This document shows positions 29,261 through 38,865 of a stretch of 64,000 nucleotides of DNA, one piece after another. The position numbers and the translations under genes are program-made. Under the pieces are notes generated by a model that had not been told where the DNA came from, searched no databases, and was given only the letters and a program-made list of their open reading frames with translations. Source of the DNA: an uncultured Acidobacteriota bacterium (GTDB lineage: Bacteria > Acidobacteriota > Vicinamibacteria > Vicinamibacterales > JAKQTR01); the NCBI GenBank assembly GCA_963700065.1, contig CAVOWJ010000009.1, forward strand, positions 7,318 through 71,317, in the 5' to 3' direction. Within the stretch, counting starts at the first letter, position 1, and each line of letters opens with the position of its first letter.

Positions 29261-30385
29261 CTAGGTTGTCGCCGACGCGCGCTGCGAGATGTTCAGCAGC
29301 ACGCCCATGCCGGCGAGGCTCATGATGAGCGACGACCCGCCGGCGCTGATGAGCGGCAGCGTGATGCCCTTGGTCGGCAGCAGCCCGAGCACCACGCTCA
29401 TGTTGACGAACGCCTGGATCCCGATCATCGCGGTCAGGCCCAGCGCGAGAAACGCCCCGAACCCGTCCGGCGCCCGCGAGGCGGTCCGCAGCCCGCGCCA
29501 CGTGATGATGCAGAAGCCCGCCAGCAGGACCGAGGCGCCGATGAGGCCGAGTTCCTCGGCAATCACCGCATAGATGAAGTCGGTGTGGGCGTACGGCAGG
29601 TACCCCAGCTTCTGCACGCTGTAGCCCAGCCCGCGGCCCGTCACGCCGCCCGAACCGACCGCGATGAGCGACTGGACGACCTGGTAGCCCGAGTCGGAAC
29701 TGTCGCTCCAGGGGTCCAGGAACGCGGTCAGCCGGCGGACGCGATACGGGTCGAGAATGGCCAGGACGGCCACGGTGGGCACGACCACGAGCCCGCCCTT
29801 CACGATGTGCCGCCAGGGCAGGCCGGCCGCGAACACCATCACGGCGACGATGGCCAGCAGCGCGACGGCGCTGCCGTAGTCCGGCTGCCAGAGAATCAGG
29901 GCCACCATCGGCACCAGCACGACGACCACCGGGCCGAGGGCGTACGTCGGCTCCCCGATTCGATCCATGCGGCGCTCGAGCACGGCGGCCGTGAAGAGGA
30001 TGATCGCGAGCTTGGCGAGCTCTGACGGCTGGATGCCCACGCCGGCCACGGCGAACCAGCGGTGGGTGCCGTTGATCTCGGGGCCGACGATCCTCACCGC
30101 CAGCAGGGCCGCGAGCGTCAGCCCCGTGATCCCGAGTATCACGCGGGGCTCGCGGTAGCGGGCGTAGTCGATCTTCATGGTTGCGAGCATCGCGATCAGG
30201 CCGGCCAGCGCGAACGCGCCCTGCTTGACGGGAAACGCATTGGGACGCTCGGCCGTCCCGGCCCCCATCAGGCTGGTGGCGCTGTACACCATCACGATGC
30301 CGACGGCCAGCAGCACGAGCGTCGTGAGGAACAGCCACTGGTCGAATTTCAGCTTGCGCGCCATGATCCTCGTATCACCCTGCAA
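29261..30385 (-). CDS. ftsW: SEDS-family peptidoglycan polymerase/flippase-like FtsW
   Basis: FtsW/RodA/SpoVE features: multi-TM, HTDFIYAVIAEELGLIG, PTKGITLPLISAGGSSL. A possible alternative start lies at MARKLKF (30364). Confidence 0.9.
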   Translation of the reverse strand: MQGDTRIMARKLKFDQWLFLTTLVLLAVGIVMVYSATSLMGAGTAERPNAFPVKQGAFALAGLIAMLATMKIDYARYREPRVILGITGLTLAALLAVRIVGPEINGTHRWFAVAGVGIQPSELAKLAIILFTAAVLERRMDRIGEPTYALGPVVVVLVPMVALILWQPDYGSAVALLAIVAVMVFAAGLPWRHIVKGGLVVVPTVAVLAILDPYRVRRLTAFLDPWSDSSDSGYQVVQSLIAVGSGGVTGRGLGYSVQKLGYLPYAHTDFIYAVIAEELGLIGASVLLAGFCIITWRGLRTASRAPDGFGAFLALGLTAMIGIQAFVNMSVVLGLLPTKGITLPLISAGGSSLIMSLAGMGVLLNISQRASATT

Positions 30386-30560
30386 GTGGTTTCGTCACCC
30401 GTGCTCGCGGCCTGTGTCAGCCGCCCTGCGCAGCAGATGAAATCGTCTCCCACGCCGGAGCGCACGTCGGTTGGTGACATTCGCCCCGGCTCACTAAAGT
30501 TCCGCGTCCGCCGCGCCGACACAGGAAGCGCCGCCCGACGATCCGGGCTCCCGGCCCGGA

Positions 30561-30690
30561 GTGTGAGCCGTCAGCAGTCATCAGTCGGTCCCTGGGCATG
30601 GACACCAGCTCCCCGCGCGGGGCCGCGCAGGGTCCCAGCAGCCAGCTCCATGCCGCGCAGAACCGACTGACGACTGCTCACGGCTCACAC
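30561..30690. repeat. 29-bp imperfect inverted repeat (27/29) flanking a 72-nt GC-rich self-complementary core, inside the 336-bp murD-ftsW spacer
   Basis: Left arm gtgtgagccgtcagcagtcatcagtcggt (30561..30589). Right arm accgactgacgactgctcacggctcacac (30662..30690). Inner pairings ggcatgga/tccatgcc and ccccgcgcgggg. Contains the ACTGACGA motif shared with the other intergenic elements. Confidence 0.8.
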
Positions 30691-30721
30691 GGCCGTCTAT
30701 GCGTTCCTCCGCCCCCTCCGG

Positions 30722-32083
30722 CTACCCTTCCCCGCGCCGCAGGGCCGCCACCTCGGCCTTGAAGGCCCGGCCGCGCGCGGCATAGTTCTCGAACATGTCG
30801 AAGCTCGCGCACGCAGGCGCGAGCAGCACGCTGCCGCCAGGCCCGGCCGCGGTCATCGCCGCCTGGACCGCCTCGGCCATCGTGGCGGCCACGCGGACGC
30901 CGGCCGCGCCGTCGAACGCCGCCTGGAGCAGCGGCGCCGCTTCGCCAATCGCCACCACGGACGCGCCCCGCGACGCGAGCGCCGGCCGCAGCGCACGGAG
31001 GTCGCCTCCCTTGAAGCGCCCCCCCATGATCACCACCAGCCCGCGGCCAAACGTCTCGATGGCCTGGCGCGCCGCGTCGACGTTGGTGGCCTTCGAGTCG
31101 TTGACGAACCGGACGCCCCCGATGTCGGCCACCAGCTCCATCGCGTGCTCGAGGCCGGTGAACGCCCGCACCGCCCCGGCAATCGGCTCGGGCCTCACGC
31201 CCGCCGCCCGGGCGATGGCCGCCGCAGCCAGCACGTCGGCCAGCAGGTGCGGTCCGATCAGCCGGACCTCGGCGACCGGCACCAGCGCGGTCTCGCCGCC
31301 GGGCCCCCGGTCGACAATCCAGCCGCCGGCCACCGTCACGCCCGCATCGATCCGCGCGTCGCGCGCGAAGCGCACGACCCGCGCGCGGCCCGCACCCGCC
31401 ATCGCCACGGACCGCGCGTCGTCGGCGTTGGCCACGGCGACGTCGGCCCCGGTCTGGCGGGCGAAGATGCGCGCTTTCGCCGCGGCGTATTCCTCGACGC
31501 TCGCGTGGCGATCGAGGTGATCGGCGGTCAGGTTCAGCAGGGCCGCGATCCACGGATGGAACGTGTCGGCGGTCTCGAGCTGGAAGCTGCTCACCTCGAC
31601 CACGTGCAGCGTCTCGGGCGTCGATGTCTCCACCTGGCTCGACAGCGGCGTGCCGATGTTGCCGCCAACCGCCACGGGCCGACCTGCCGCCTCGAGGATC
31701 CGGCCCGTCAGGGCGGTCGTGGTCGACTTGCCCTTGGTGCCGGTGACGGCGACGATGCGCCCGCGGAGCCAGCGCGAGGCGAGCTCCACTTCGCCGATGA
31801 CCGGCACGCCCGAGGCCCGCGCGGCCGCCACGGCCGGCTGGCCCGCCGGCACGCCGGGGCTGACCACGACGAGGTCCGCGCCCGTGAACAGGCCCTCAGG
31901 GTGGGCGCCCAGCTCGAGCGTCACGCCGATTGAGGCGAGGTCGCCGGCGGCGTCGAGCGCCGGCCGCAGGTCGGTCAGGGTGACGGCCGCGCCGCGCCCG
32001 ACGAGCAGGCGCGCGGCGGCCACCCCGCTGGCGGCGCCGCCAACGACCACCACCCGCTTCCCGCGTACGGTGAAGGCGCTCAT
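30722..32083 (-). CDS. murD: UDP-N-acetylmuramoylalanine--D-glutamate ligase MurD
   Basis: RVVVVGGAASGVAAARLL, VTGTKGKSTTT, NDSKATN. The ATG at 32083 overlaps the murF stop (ATGA). The track ORF 30722..33604 is a spurious 5' extension. Confidence 0.92.
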   Translation of the reverse strand: MSAFTVRGKRVVVVGGAASGVAAARLLVGRGAAVTLTDLRPALDAAGDLASIGVTLELGAHPEGLFTGADLVVVSPGVPAGQPAVAAARASGVPVIGEVELASRWLRGRIVAVTGTKGKSTTTALTGRILEAAGRPVAVGGNIGTPLSSQVETSTPETLHVVEVSSFQLETADTFHPWIAALLNLTADHLDRHASVEEYAAAKARIFARQTGADVAVANADDARSVAMAGAGRARVVRFARDARIDAGVTVAGGWIVDRGPGGETALVPVAEVRLIGPHLLADVLAAAAIARAAGVRPEPIAGAVRAFTGLEHAMELVADIGGVRFVNDSKATNVDAARQAIETFGRGLVVIMGGRFKGGDLRALRPALASRGASVVAIGEAAPLLQAAFDGAAGVRVAATMAEAVQAAMTAAGPGGSVLLAPACASFDMFENYAARGRAFKAEVAALRRGEG

Positions 32084-33492
32084 GCTCCGCCGGCCCTCAC
32101 CCGGTCTGCCACGATGTCGGTGCGGACACCTCGCGATCCCTTCACCAGCACGACGTCGCCGGCCCTCAGGCTCGGCACGAGAAGGTCGGCGGCCTCGGCG
32201 CTGGTCGCGGCGTGGTGCACCGACGCCGCGGGCATGCCGGCGGTCACCGCGGCGCCGGCCATCGCCCGCGCCGGCTCGCCGCCGACGGTCACGAGCATCG
32301 CCAGCCCGGCCTCGGCGGCCGAGCGGCCGCACGCCTCGTGCAGCGCGACCGCCTGCTCGCCAAGCTCGAGCATCTCGCCGAGCACCGCCACGCGCCGCGT
32401 GCACCCGCGCTCGGCCGCCAGGGCCTCGAGCGTGCGCTGCAGCGCGCGCGGGTTCGAGTTGTACGAGTCGTCGACCAGCGTCACGCCCGACGCGAGGCGC
32501 CACACCTCGCCCCTTCGCGCCGCGGGCGCCGCCGCCCCGAGCCGCGCGGTCATGTCGCCGAGCGGCACGCCGTATTCCCCGGCGATGGCGATGGCCGCGA
32601 GCGCGTTGCCGAGATGGCCGAGCCCCAGCAGCGGCAGGTCCAGCGCCGCCAATCCCCACGGCGTCGTCACCGCCGCCCGGGTGCCCGCCAGCCCGCGCTC
32701 GACGACGTCCTCGGCCCGCACATCCGCCGGCACGCCGATCCCGAAGGTGCGGAGGCGGGCCGGCGACGCGGTCACTCTCGCCATGACGCGCGGGTCCGCG
32801 GCGTTGGCGACCACCAGCGACTGCGGCGTGGCGCCCTCCAGGATCTCCGCCTTGGCGTCGGCAATCGCGTCGGTCGACGCGAAGAACGCCGCGTGCACTT
32901 CGGCCACCATCGTCCAGACGCGCACGTCCGGCTCCGCCAGACCCACCAGCGTGCGGATCTCGCCTGGGTGGTTCATGCCGAGCTCGACCACGGCAATCTC
33001 GGGGCCGTGACGCAACTCGATGAGCGACAGCGGCAGGCCGATGTGGTTGTTGAAGTTGCCGCGGTTGCGAAACACGCGGTACTGCGCCGCAAGCAGGTCG
33101 GCCGTCAGCTCCTTCGTGGTCGTCTTTCCCGCGCTGCCCGTGATCGCCACGACCTGGGCGCGCGACTCCCGCCGGATGGAGCGGCCGAGGCGCTGGAGCG
33201 CCCGGGTCGTGTCGTCGACCTGCACGACGACGACGCCAGGATCGGTCCCGGCGGGCACGGCGGACGGGTCCGACACGACCAGGCCTGCGGCCCCGGCGTG
33301 CAGGGCGCCGCCGACGAACCGGTGGCCGTCGAGCCGCTCGCCGACAATCGCGATGTAGACGTCGCCGGCCTGGAGGGTCCGCGTGTCGATGGAAAACCCG
33401 CCGAGCGCCGCGTCGGCCGGCCCGGCCAGCAGCGCGCCCGCCATCGCGGCGGCGGCCTGGGCGGCGGTGAGCCGCACGGCGACGGCGCTCAC
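32080..33492 (-). CDS. murF: UDP-N-acetylmuramoyl-tripeptide--D-alanyl-D-alanine ligase MurF
   Basis: ITGSAGKTTTKE, ELGMNHPGEI, DDSYNSNP. Confidence 0.93.
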   Translation of the reverse strand: MSAVAVRLTAAQAAAAMAGALLAGPADAALGGFSIDTRTLQAGDVYIAIVGERLDGHRFVGGALHAGAAGLVVSDPSAVPAGTDPGVVVVQVDDTTRALQRLGRSIRRESRAQVVAITGSAGKTTTKELTADLLAAQYRVFRNRGNFNNHIGLPLSLIELRHGPEIAVVELGMNHPGEIRTLVGLAEPDVRVWTMVAEVHAAFFASTDAIADAKAEILEGATPQSLVVANAADPRVMARVTASPARLRTFGIGVPADVRAEDVVERGLAGTRAAVTTPWGLAALDLPLLGLGHLGNALAAIAIAGEYGVPLGDMTARLGAAAPAARRGEVWRLASGVTLVDDSYNSNPRALQRTLEALAAERGCTRRVAVLGEMLELGEQAVALHEACGRSAAEAGLAMLVTVGGEPARAMAGAAVTAGMPAASVHHAATSAEAADLLVPSLRAGDVVLVKGSRGVRTDIVADRVRAGGA

Positions 33493-35037
33493 GACGCCCT
33501 CCGCAGCCGGCGGCGCGCGAGCGCCTCGCGCGCTTCGGCCACATCATCGAAGGGGAGGACGCGGTCGCGGATGACCTGGTACTTCTCGTGGCCCTTGCCG
33601 GCAATCACCACCACGTCGCCCGGCCCGGCCTCCGCAACGGCGCGATCGATGGCGGCACGGCGGTCGGCGACGCGCCACCAGCGGAGCCCGGCGCCCGTCG
33701 TGGCGCCGCCGCCGGCCTGTCGGCCGCGCTCCTGCGGGGGCGCCATGCCCAGCTCGATCTCGTCGAGGATCCGGTCGGGATCCTCCGAGCGCGGATTGTC
33801 GGAGGTCAGACCGACGGTGTCGCTCAGCCGCGCGGCCACGGCGCCCATCAGCGGGCGCTTGCTCCGGTCGCGATCGCCGCCGCAGCCGAACACCGTGATG
33901 AGCCGCGCGGCGGCGATGGGGCGCACGGCTTCCAGCAGGTTCTTCAACGCATCGTCGGTGTGCGCGTAATCGACGATCACGGTGACGTCGTCGCCCGGCT
34001 CCGTCACGATCTGCAGCCGGCCGGGTACCGACGCGAGGCTCGCCAGCCCGGCCTCGATCGCCGCGACGGGCAGGTCGAGCGCCACGCCGGTGGCCACGGC
34101 GGCGAGGAGGTTGTAGACATTGAAGCGGCCGGCGAGCTTCGACTGCACGTGCACCGGCCCTGCGGGCGTGCGGGCGACGAACGCGAGATCCACCAGCGAC
34201 GAGGGCAGGGCCTCGGGCGTGACGTCCGCGGGCCTGTCGACGCCATAGGTCACAGAGTGCGGCACCTCGCCGGCCAGGATGGCGCCGCGGCGATCGTCGG
34301 TATTCACCACGGCGGGCGCGGAGGCGGGCAGCAACTCGAACAGCCGGCGCTTCGCGGCGAAGTACCGGTCCATGTCTTCGTGATAGTCGAGGTGGTCGCG
34401 CGTGAGGTTGGTGAAGACGGCCGCGGCGAAACGCGTGCCGTCTACGCGCTTCAGCGCCAGTGCGTGCGACGAGACTTCCATGGCGCATGCCCCGCAGCCG
34501 GCGTCCAGCATCTCGCGCAGCATCTGCTGCACGTCCGGGGCCTCCGGCGTCGTCCGCGCGGCGTCGCGCACCTCGGCGCCGGTCCGGGTACTGCACCGTT
34601 CCCATCAGGCCGCAGCGCACACCGGCGGCCTCGACGGCGGCCTGCACGAGGTACGACGTGGTCGTTTTCCCGTTCGTGCCGGTGATGCCCACCACGCGCA
34701 TGCGGCGGCTCGGGTGGCCGAAGAACGCCGACGCCGCCAGCGCGAGGGCGAGCCGCCCGTCGCTGACCGTGGCCCATGGGACCGGGCATCCCGGCGGCGG
34801 GTCGGCCTCGGCCACCACCGCGATCGCCCCTCTCGACATGGCCTGGCCGGCGAACCTCGACCCGTCGGCCTGCAACCCCCGCAGCGCGACGAACACCGAG
34901 CCGGGCGCCGCGGCCCGCGAGTCGTAGGCGATCGAGGCCACGGCCGGGTCTGGCGCGGCGGCCGGGCCGGCCGACGACACCGGCCGCGTCAGGAGCCCGT
35001 TCTCGCGGAGCACGATGAGGAGCGCTGACAGGGTCAT
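33489..35037 (-). pseudogene. murE: UDP-N-acetylmuramoyl-L-alanyl-D-glutamate--2,6-diaminopimelate ligase MurE, split by an apparent 1-nt insertion in a GGG/CCC run (34586..34588); length 1549 = 3n+1
   Basis: The N-terminal part is in the frame of ORF 33544..37080: MTLSALL...VVGITGTNGKTTTSYLV...GLMGTVQY. The C-terminal part is ORF 33489..34571: (V)RDAARTTPEAPDVQQMLREM..MEVSSHALAL..FTNLTRDHLDYH..DNPRSEDP. Removing one C from cag-tac-ccg-gac restores ..GTVQYRTGAEVRDAARTTPEAP... Confidence 0.88.
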
Positions 35038-37080
35038 TGAGGCGGCAGCGACGGAGCGGGCGCCAGGACGACGCGATGGAGCCACAGCCGGCTCGGGCAC
35101 CCGGGTTCGAGCGCGGCGCCGGCGACGGGATCCTGGTCGATGACAATGCCATCGCCGGTGAGCCGGGGAACGAGGCCGAGGCGCGCGAGGCGGCGGGCCG
35201 CTTCGCGCGCGCCGAGGCCGCGGACGTCGGGCATGGTGGGCGGCCCGGCGAGGACGCTGATCTGCGGCGGGCCGGCCGTGGCGCTGGCCCGCACCAGGTC
35301 GGCGGCGGGCGCCTGGGCGCCCGCCGCCTGGAGCAGCACCGGCGGCAGCGGGTTGATCGTCGGGGCGACACCCGCGTGCCGGAGCGCCGCTTCGGCGATG
35401 CGCTTGAAGATGGGCGCCGCCACACTCCCGCCGTAGTGCTGGCCGGCGTGCGGCGAGTCGACCACCACCAGGATCGTGAACGCCGGCTGGCGCGACGGCA
35501 CGAACCCGACGAACGACGCGTGGTACTCGGTGTTCGAGTACCGGCCGTTCACGATCTTGCTGCGCGGTGCCCGTCTTTCCCGCGACGGTGAATCCGGGAA
35601 TCTGTGCCGACTTCGCCGTGCCGCGCTCGACGACCTGCTCCATGATGCCCGCCAGCACGGCGGCCGTTTCCCGCGTGATCACGCGGCGCACCTCGTGCGG
35701 CACGACCTCGGTGCGCGACGGCCCCCGCCGCAGCGCGCGCACCAGCCGCGGCTGCACAAGTGATCCGCCGTTGGCCACCGCCGACACGGCCGCCGCCATC
35801 TGGAGCGGCGTCACGCCGATCTCGTAGCCCATCGAGACCGACGCCAGCGTGCTCACGCTCCAGTTGCCCGACGGGGCCAGCTGCCCGCGCGTCTCGCCCG
35901 GGAGGTCGCCCGACGAGCGCTCGCCGAACCCGAACCGGCGCACGTACCGGCCGAGGCGCTCGGCGCCCACGCCGAGGCCGATCTTGATCGCGCCCACGTT
36001 GCTCGACTTGACGAGCACGTCGGAAAAGCTCAGGACGCCGTAGTTGTGGTTCTTCGCCTCGGTGACCAGGCGCGAGCCGCTGCGCCAGACGCCCGCGCTG
36101 GCGTCGATCATGTCCCCGGGCGAAAACACGCGCTCTTCCATCGCCGCCGACGCCGTGACGATCTTGAACGTCGACCCGGGCTCGTAGATGCCCTGCACCG
36201 CCCGGTTCATCCACTGCTCGGCTGGGAACTCGGCGTAGCGGTTGGGGTCCACCCGAGGAACGTTCGCCAGCGCCAGCACCTCGCCGGTGGCCGGGTCCAT
36301 GATGATGGCGGTGCCGCCGTCGGCCCGGTGCGCGGCGACGCCGCTCTCGAGCTCGCGTTCCACGATGTGCTGGAGCTGGGCGTCCAGCGTCAGCTCGATC
36401 GTGTCGCCCTGCACGGGCGGCCGCTCGACGCGCCTGTCGAAGACGACGCGCTTGCTGTCGAGTTCCACCATCACCGTGCCCGGCCTGCCGCTGATCTTCG
36501 AGTTGTACGACTGCTCGATTCCCGCCAGCCCCCTGTCGTGATCGATGCCCATGTAGCCGAGCACGTGCGCTGCCAGCCGGCTGTTCGGGTAGTACCGCTT
36601 GGGTTCCGACTCGGTGAACACGCCGGGCAGCTTCAGCGCGTCGATGCGTGCGGTGACCCGCGCCGCCTGCTCCAGCGGCACCTGGCGGCGGAGGAACGCG
36701 AACCTGCGCGACGTCTGCGAGAGCCGCTGCGCCGCCTGCTCGCGCTCTTTCGCCGTGCAGTCGCCGAGGGCCTCGCACACCGCCTGGAGCACCGCCGCCG
36801 GGTCGGCGACCTCCCTCGGGATCGCGCAGATCGACACGGCGTCGACGCTGGTGGCGAGCAGGCGGCCGTGACGGTCGACAATGTCGCCGCGCCGCGGCGG
36901 GATGCTGAACGTGCGGTCCTTCTGGGCGCTCGCTCTCGAGAGCATGGCCCGGTGCTGGAAGACCTGCAGCCAGACCAGCCGCGCCTGGATGCCGGCGGCC
37001 CACGCCGCGAACAGCACCGCCGCGATCAGGACGCGGCCGCGCAGGGCCCGCTGCCACGCCCTCGGGTCGGCTTCCTTCAT
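35034..37080 (-). pseudogene. ftsI: Peptidoglycan D,D-transpeptidase FtsI (class B PBP) with C-terminal PASTA domain, split by an apparent 1-nt insertion near 35559; length 2047 = 3n+1
   Basis: The N-terminal frame carries STFK (GSTFKIVTA), SSN (VKSSNVG) and KTG (AGKTGTAQ), then turns into Arg-rich nonsense. ORF 35034..35552 continues (KI)VNGRYSNTEYHASFVGFVPSRQPAFTILVVVD...YGGSVAAPIF and a PASTA-like MPDVRGLGAREAARRLARLGLVPRLTGDGIVIDQDP. Deleting one base in gcg-cag-c-aag restores TGTAQKIVNGRY. Confidence 0.88.
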
Positions 37081-37099
37081 CGTCGTCAGCTCCGCCGCG

Positions 37100-37513
37100 C
37101 TACCGCCGCGCCACGAGCGTGCGCGTCGGCGCTGCCGCCTCGCGCACCAGGTCCAGGACCACCGCTTCGGTCTGCGTCGGCGCCACCAGGTGGAGGTTCT
37201 CGATGGCCAGCGCCTCGATCCGGTGCGGGGCCCGGAGCGTCTCCAGTTCGAGCTTCAGGTGCCGGTGCTCGGCGTCGCTCGCAGCCATCGCCTGCTGAAG
37301 CCGCGTGGCCTCGTAGCCGGCGTCGGTCCACTGCGAGTGCTCCCACGCCACCAGGAGCAGGGCGCCGACGAGCAGCGACGCCCACGCCACCGAGCGCCAC
37401 ATCTCGCGTTGCCGCGCGCGGTCGACGTTGCGGACCGGGTGGTTCTGGATGTCTTTCGGCACGCTGAACGCCATTGCATCCGGCGCCGACGGTGGACGTC
37501 CCATCGCCATCAC
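37100..37513 (-). CDS. ftsL: Cell division protein FtsL-like (single TM plus coiled coil)
   Basis: Position between rsmH and ftsI. TM segment WRSVAWASLLVGALLLVAW followed by a coiled-coil-like LQQAMAASDAEHRHLKLELETLRAPHRIEALA. Confidence 0.75.
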   Translation of the reverse strand: MMAMGRPPSAPDAMAFSVPKDIQNHPVRNVDRARQREMWRSVAWASLLVGALLLVAWEHSQWTDAGYEATRLQQAMAASDAEHRHLKLELETLRAPHRIEALAIENLHLVAPTQTEAVVLDLVREAAAPTRTLVARR

Positions 37514-38388
37514 CCCACGCGCTCAATGGCCCGAAGCCGCGCGCTCCGCGCGCGCGGGTTCGAGCGGAGTTCCCCGTCGCCGGGCACCAGCGACTTCTTC
37601 GTCACCAGGCGGAACGCCCCGCCCTCGCCGGCCAGCGCCCGGAACGTGTGCTTCACGGGCCGGTCCTCGAGCGAGTGGAACGTCACCACCGCGAAACGCG
37701 CGCCGGCACGCAGCCGGGCGCACAGGGCGCGGAGGAAGAGGTCGAGCCCGTCGAGTTCGCCGTTCACCCAGATCCGGATCGCCTGGAACGTCCGCGTCGC
37801 CGGGTCGATGCGACCGTGGCGGCCCACCACCCGCCGCACGATTGACGCCAGCTGCGCCGTCGTCCGGAGGGGCGCCTCGCGGCGCGCCGCGACGATCGCG
37901 CGCGCCACCGCACGGGATCGCCGCTCCTCGCCGTAGCGGTAGATCACGTCGGCCAGATCCCGCTCGTCGACCTCGCCGAGCAGCTCGGCGGCCGTCGGGC
38001 CCCGGCTGGTGTCCATCCGCATGTCGAGCGCCTCGTCACGCTGGAAACTGAATCCGCGTCCCGCGCCGTCGAGCTGCAGCGACGAGACGCCGAGATCCGC
38101 CAGGGCCCCGTCGATCGCGTCGATGCCGCGCTCATCGAGGAACCGCGGCGCGTCCCGGTAGTCGCCGTGCACCAGGTCGACGCGGCCGCCCCACTCTTCC
38201 AGCGCCGCCGCCGCGAGGGCCAGCGCCGCCGGGTCGCGGTCGATCCCGACCAGCCGCGTCGCGCCCGCCGCCAGCAGCGCGCGCGCATGGCCGCCGAGGC
38301 CCACCGTGCAGTCCACGAACACGCCTCCGTGCTCCGGGTGCAGCGCCGTCACCACCTCGTCCGTCATCACGGGCACGTGGGCGGACAT
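37510..38388 (-). CDS. rsmH: 16S rRNA (cytosine1402-N4)-methyltransferase RsmH (MraW)
   Basis: HVPVMTDEVV, FVDCTVGLGGHA, DLGVSSLQLD, GFSFQRDEALDMRMD, FHSLEDRPVK. Confidence 0.95.
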   Translation of the reverse strand: MSAHVPVMTDEVVTALHPEHGGVFVDCTVGLGGHARALLAAGATRLVGIDRDPAALALAAAALEEWGGRVDLVHGDYRDAPRFLDERGIDAIDGALADLGVSSLQLDGAGRGFSFQRDEALDMRMDTSRGPTAAELLGEVDERDLADVIYRYGEERRSRAVARAIVAARREAPLRTTAQLASIVRRVVGRHGRIDPATRTFQAIRIWVNGELDGLDLFLRALCARLRAGARFAVVTFHSLEDRPVKHTFRALAGEGGAFRLVTKKSLVPGDGELRSNPRARSARLRAIERVG

Positions 38389-38409
38389 CGCGGCGGCTCC
38401 CCGGGGGCG

Positions 38410-38865
38410 TCAGATCCCGAACTCGGCCAGCGCCCGCGCGTCGGCGTCGGTATAGGGATCGTCCGCCAGCTTCGTCACGAATCGCTCGTGGTTCCAGACC
38501 TCGAGATGGTCATACTGCCCGAACACATCCACCTCGCCGGCCATCCCCGCCGACTCCCGGAGCCGCGGGTGAATGAGCACCCGGCTCTGGTTGTCGAACT
38601 CCGCGGCCTGTCCGTAGTAGTTGACGCGGCTGAAGAACCGCAGGCGGGCGGGATGCGTGGAGGGGATCTGCGCGAGCCTGCGCTCGATCTCGATCCACAC
38701 GGGCATCGGGTAGATGCGGACAGACTCGCCCGTCAGGCTCGTCACGAACAGATCGCGGCCGTACTGGGCCTCGACGACGGCCTTGAACGCGGTGGGAATC
38801 TTGAGTCGGCCCTTGTCATCAATCCGGGCCGGCGCATTCCCCCGAAGGACGGAAATCTGCTCCAC
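38410..38865 (-). CDS. mraZ: Transcriptional regulator MraZ
   Basis: Two SpoVT/AbrB-like halves: IDDKGRLKIPTAF and FDNQSRVLIHPRLR. First gene of the dcw cluster. GTG start with ggtggag upstream. Confidence 0.9.
   Translation of the reverse strand: MEQISVLRGNAPARIDDKGRLKIPTAFKAVVEAQYGRDLFVTSLTGESVRIYPMPVWIEIERRLAQIPSTHPARLRFFSRVNYYGQAAEFDNQSRVLIHPRLRESAGMAGEVDVFGQYDHLEVWNHERFVTKLADDPYTDADARALAEFGI

Noticed and set aside
30722-33604. 960-aa ORF
   Set aside because: Only the last 454 aa (from MSAFTVRGKR) are MurD. The upstream 500 aa are an out-of-frame reading of murF (Arg/Gly/Pro-rich).
33544-37080. 1178-aa ORF as a single giant protein
   Set aside because: It is a chimera. A genuine FtsI N-terminus is followed by out-of-frame read-through after the frameshift. 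A genuine MurE N-terminus (which happens to share the frame) follows, then out-of-frame MurE and MurF sequence.
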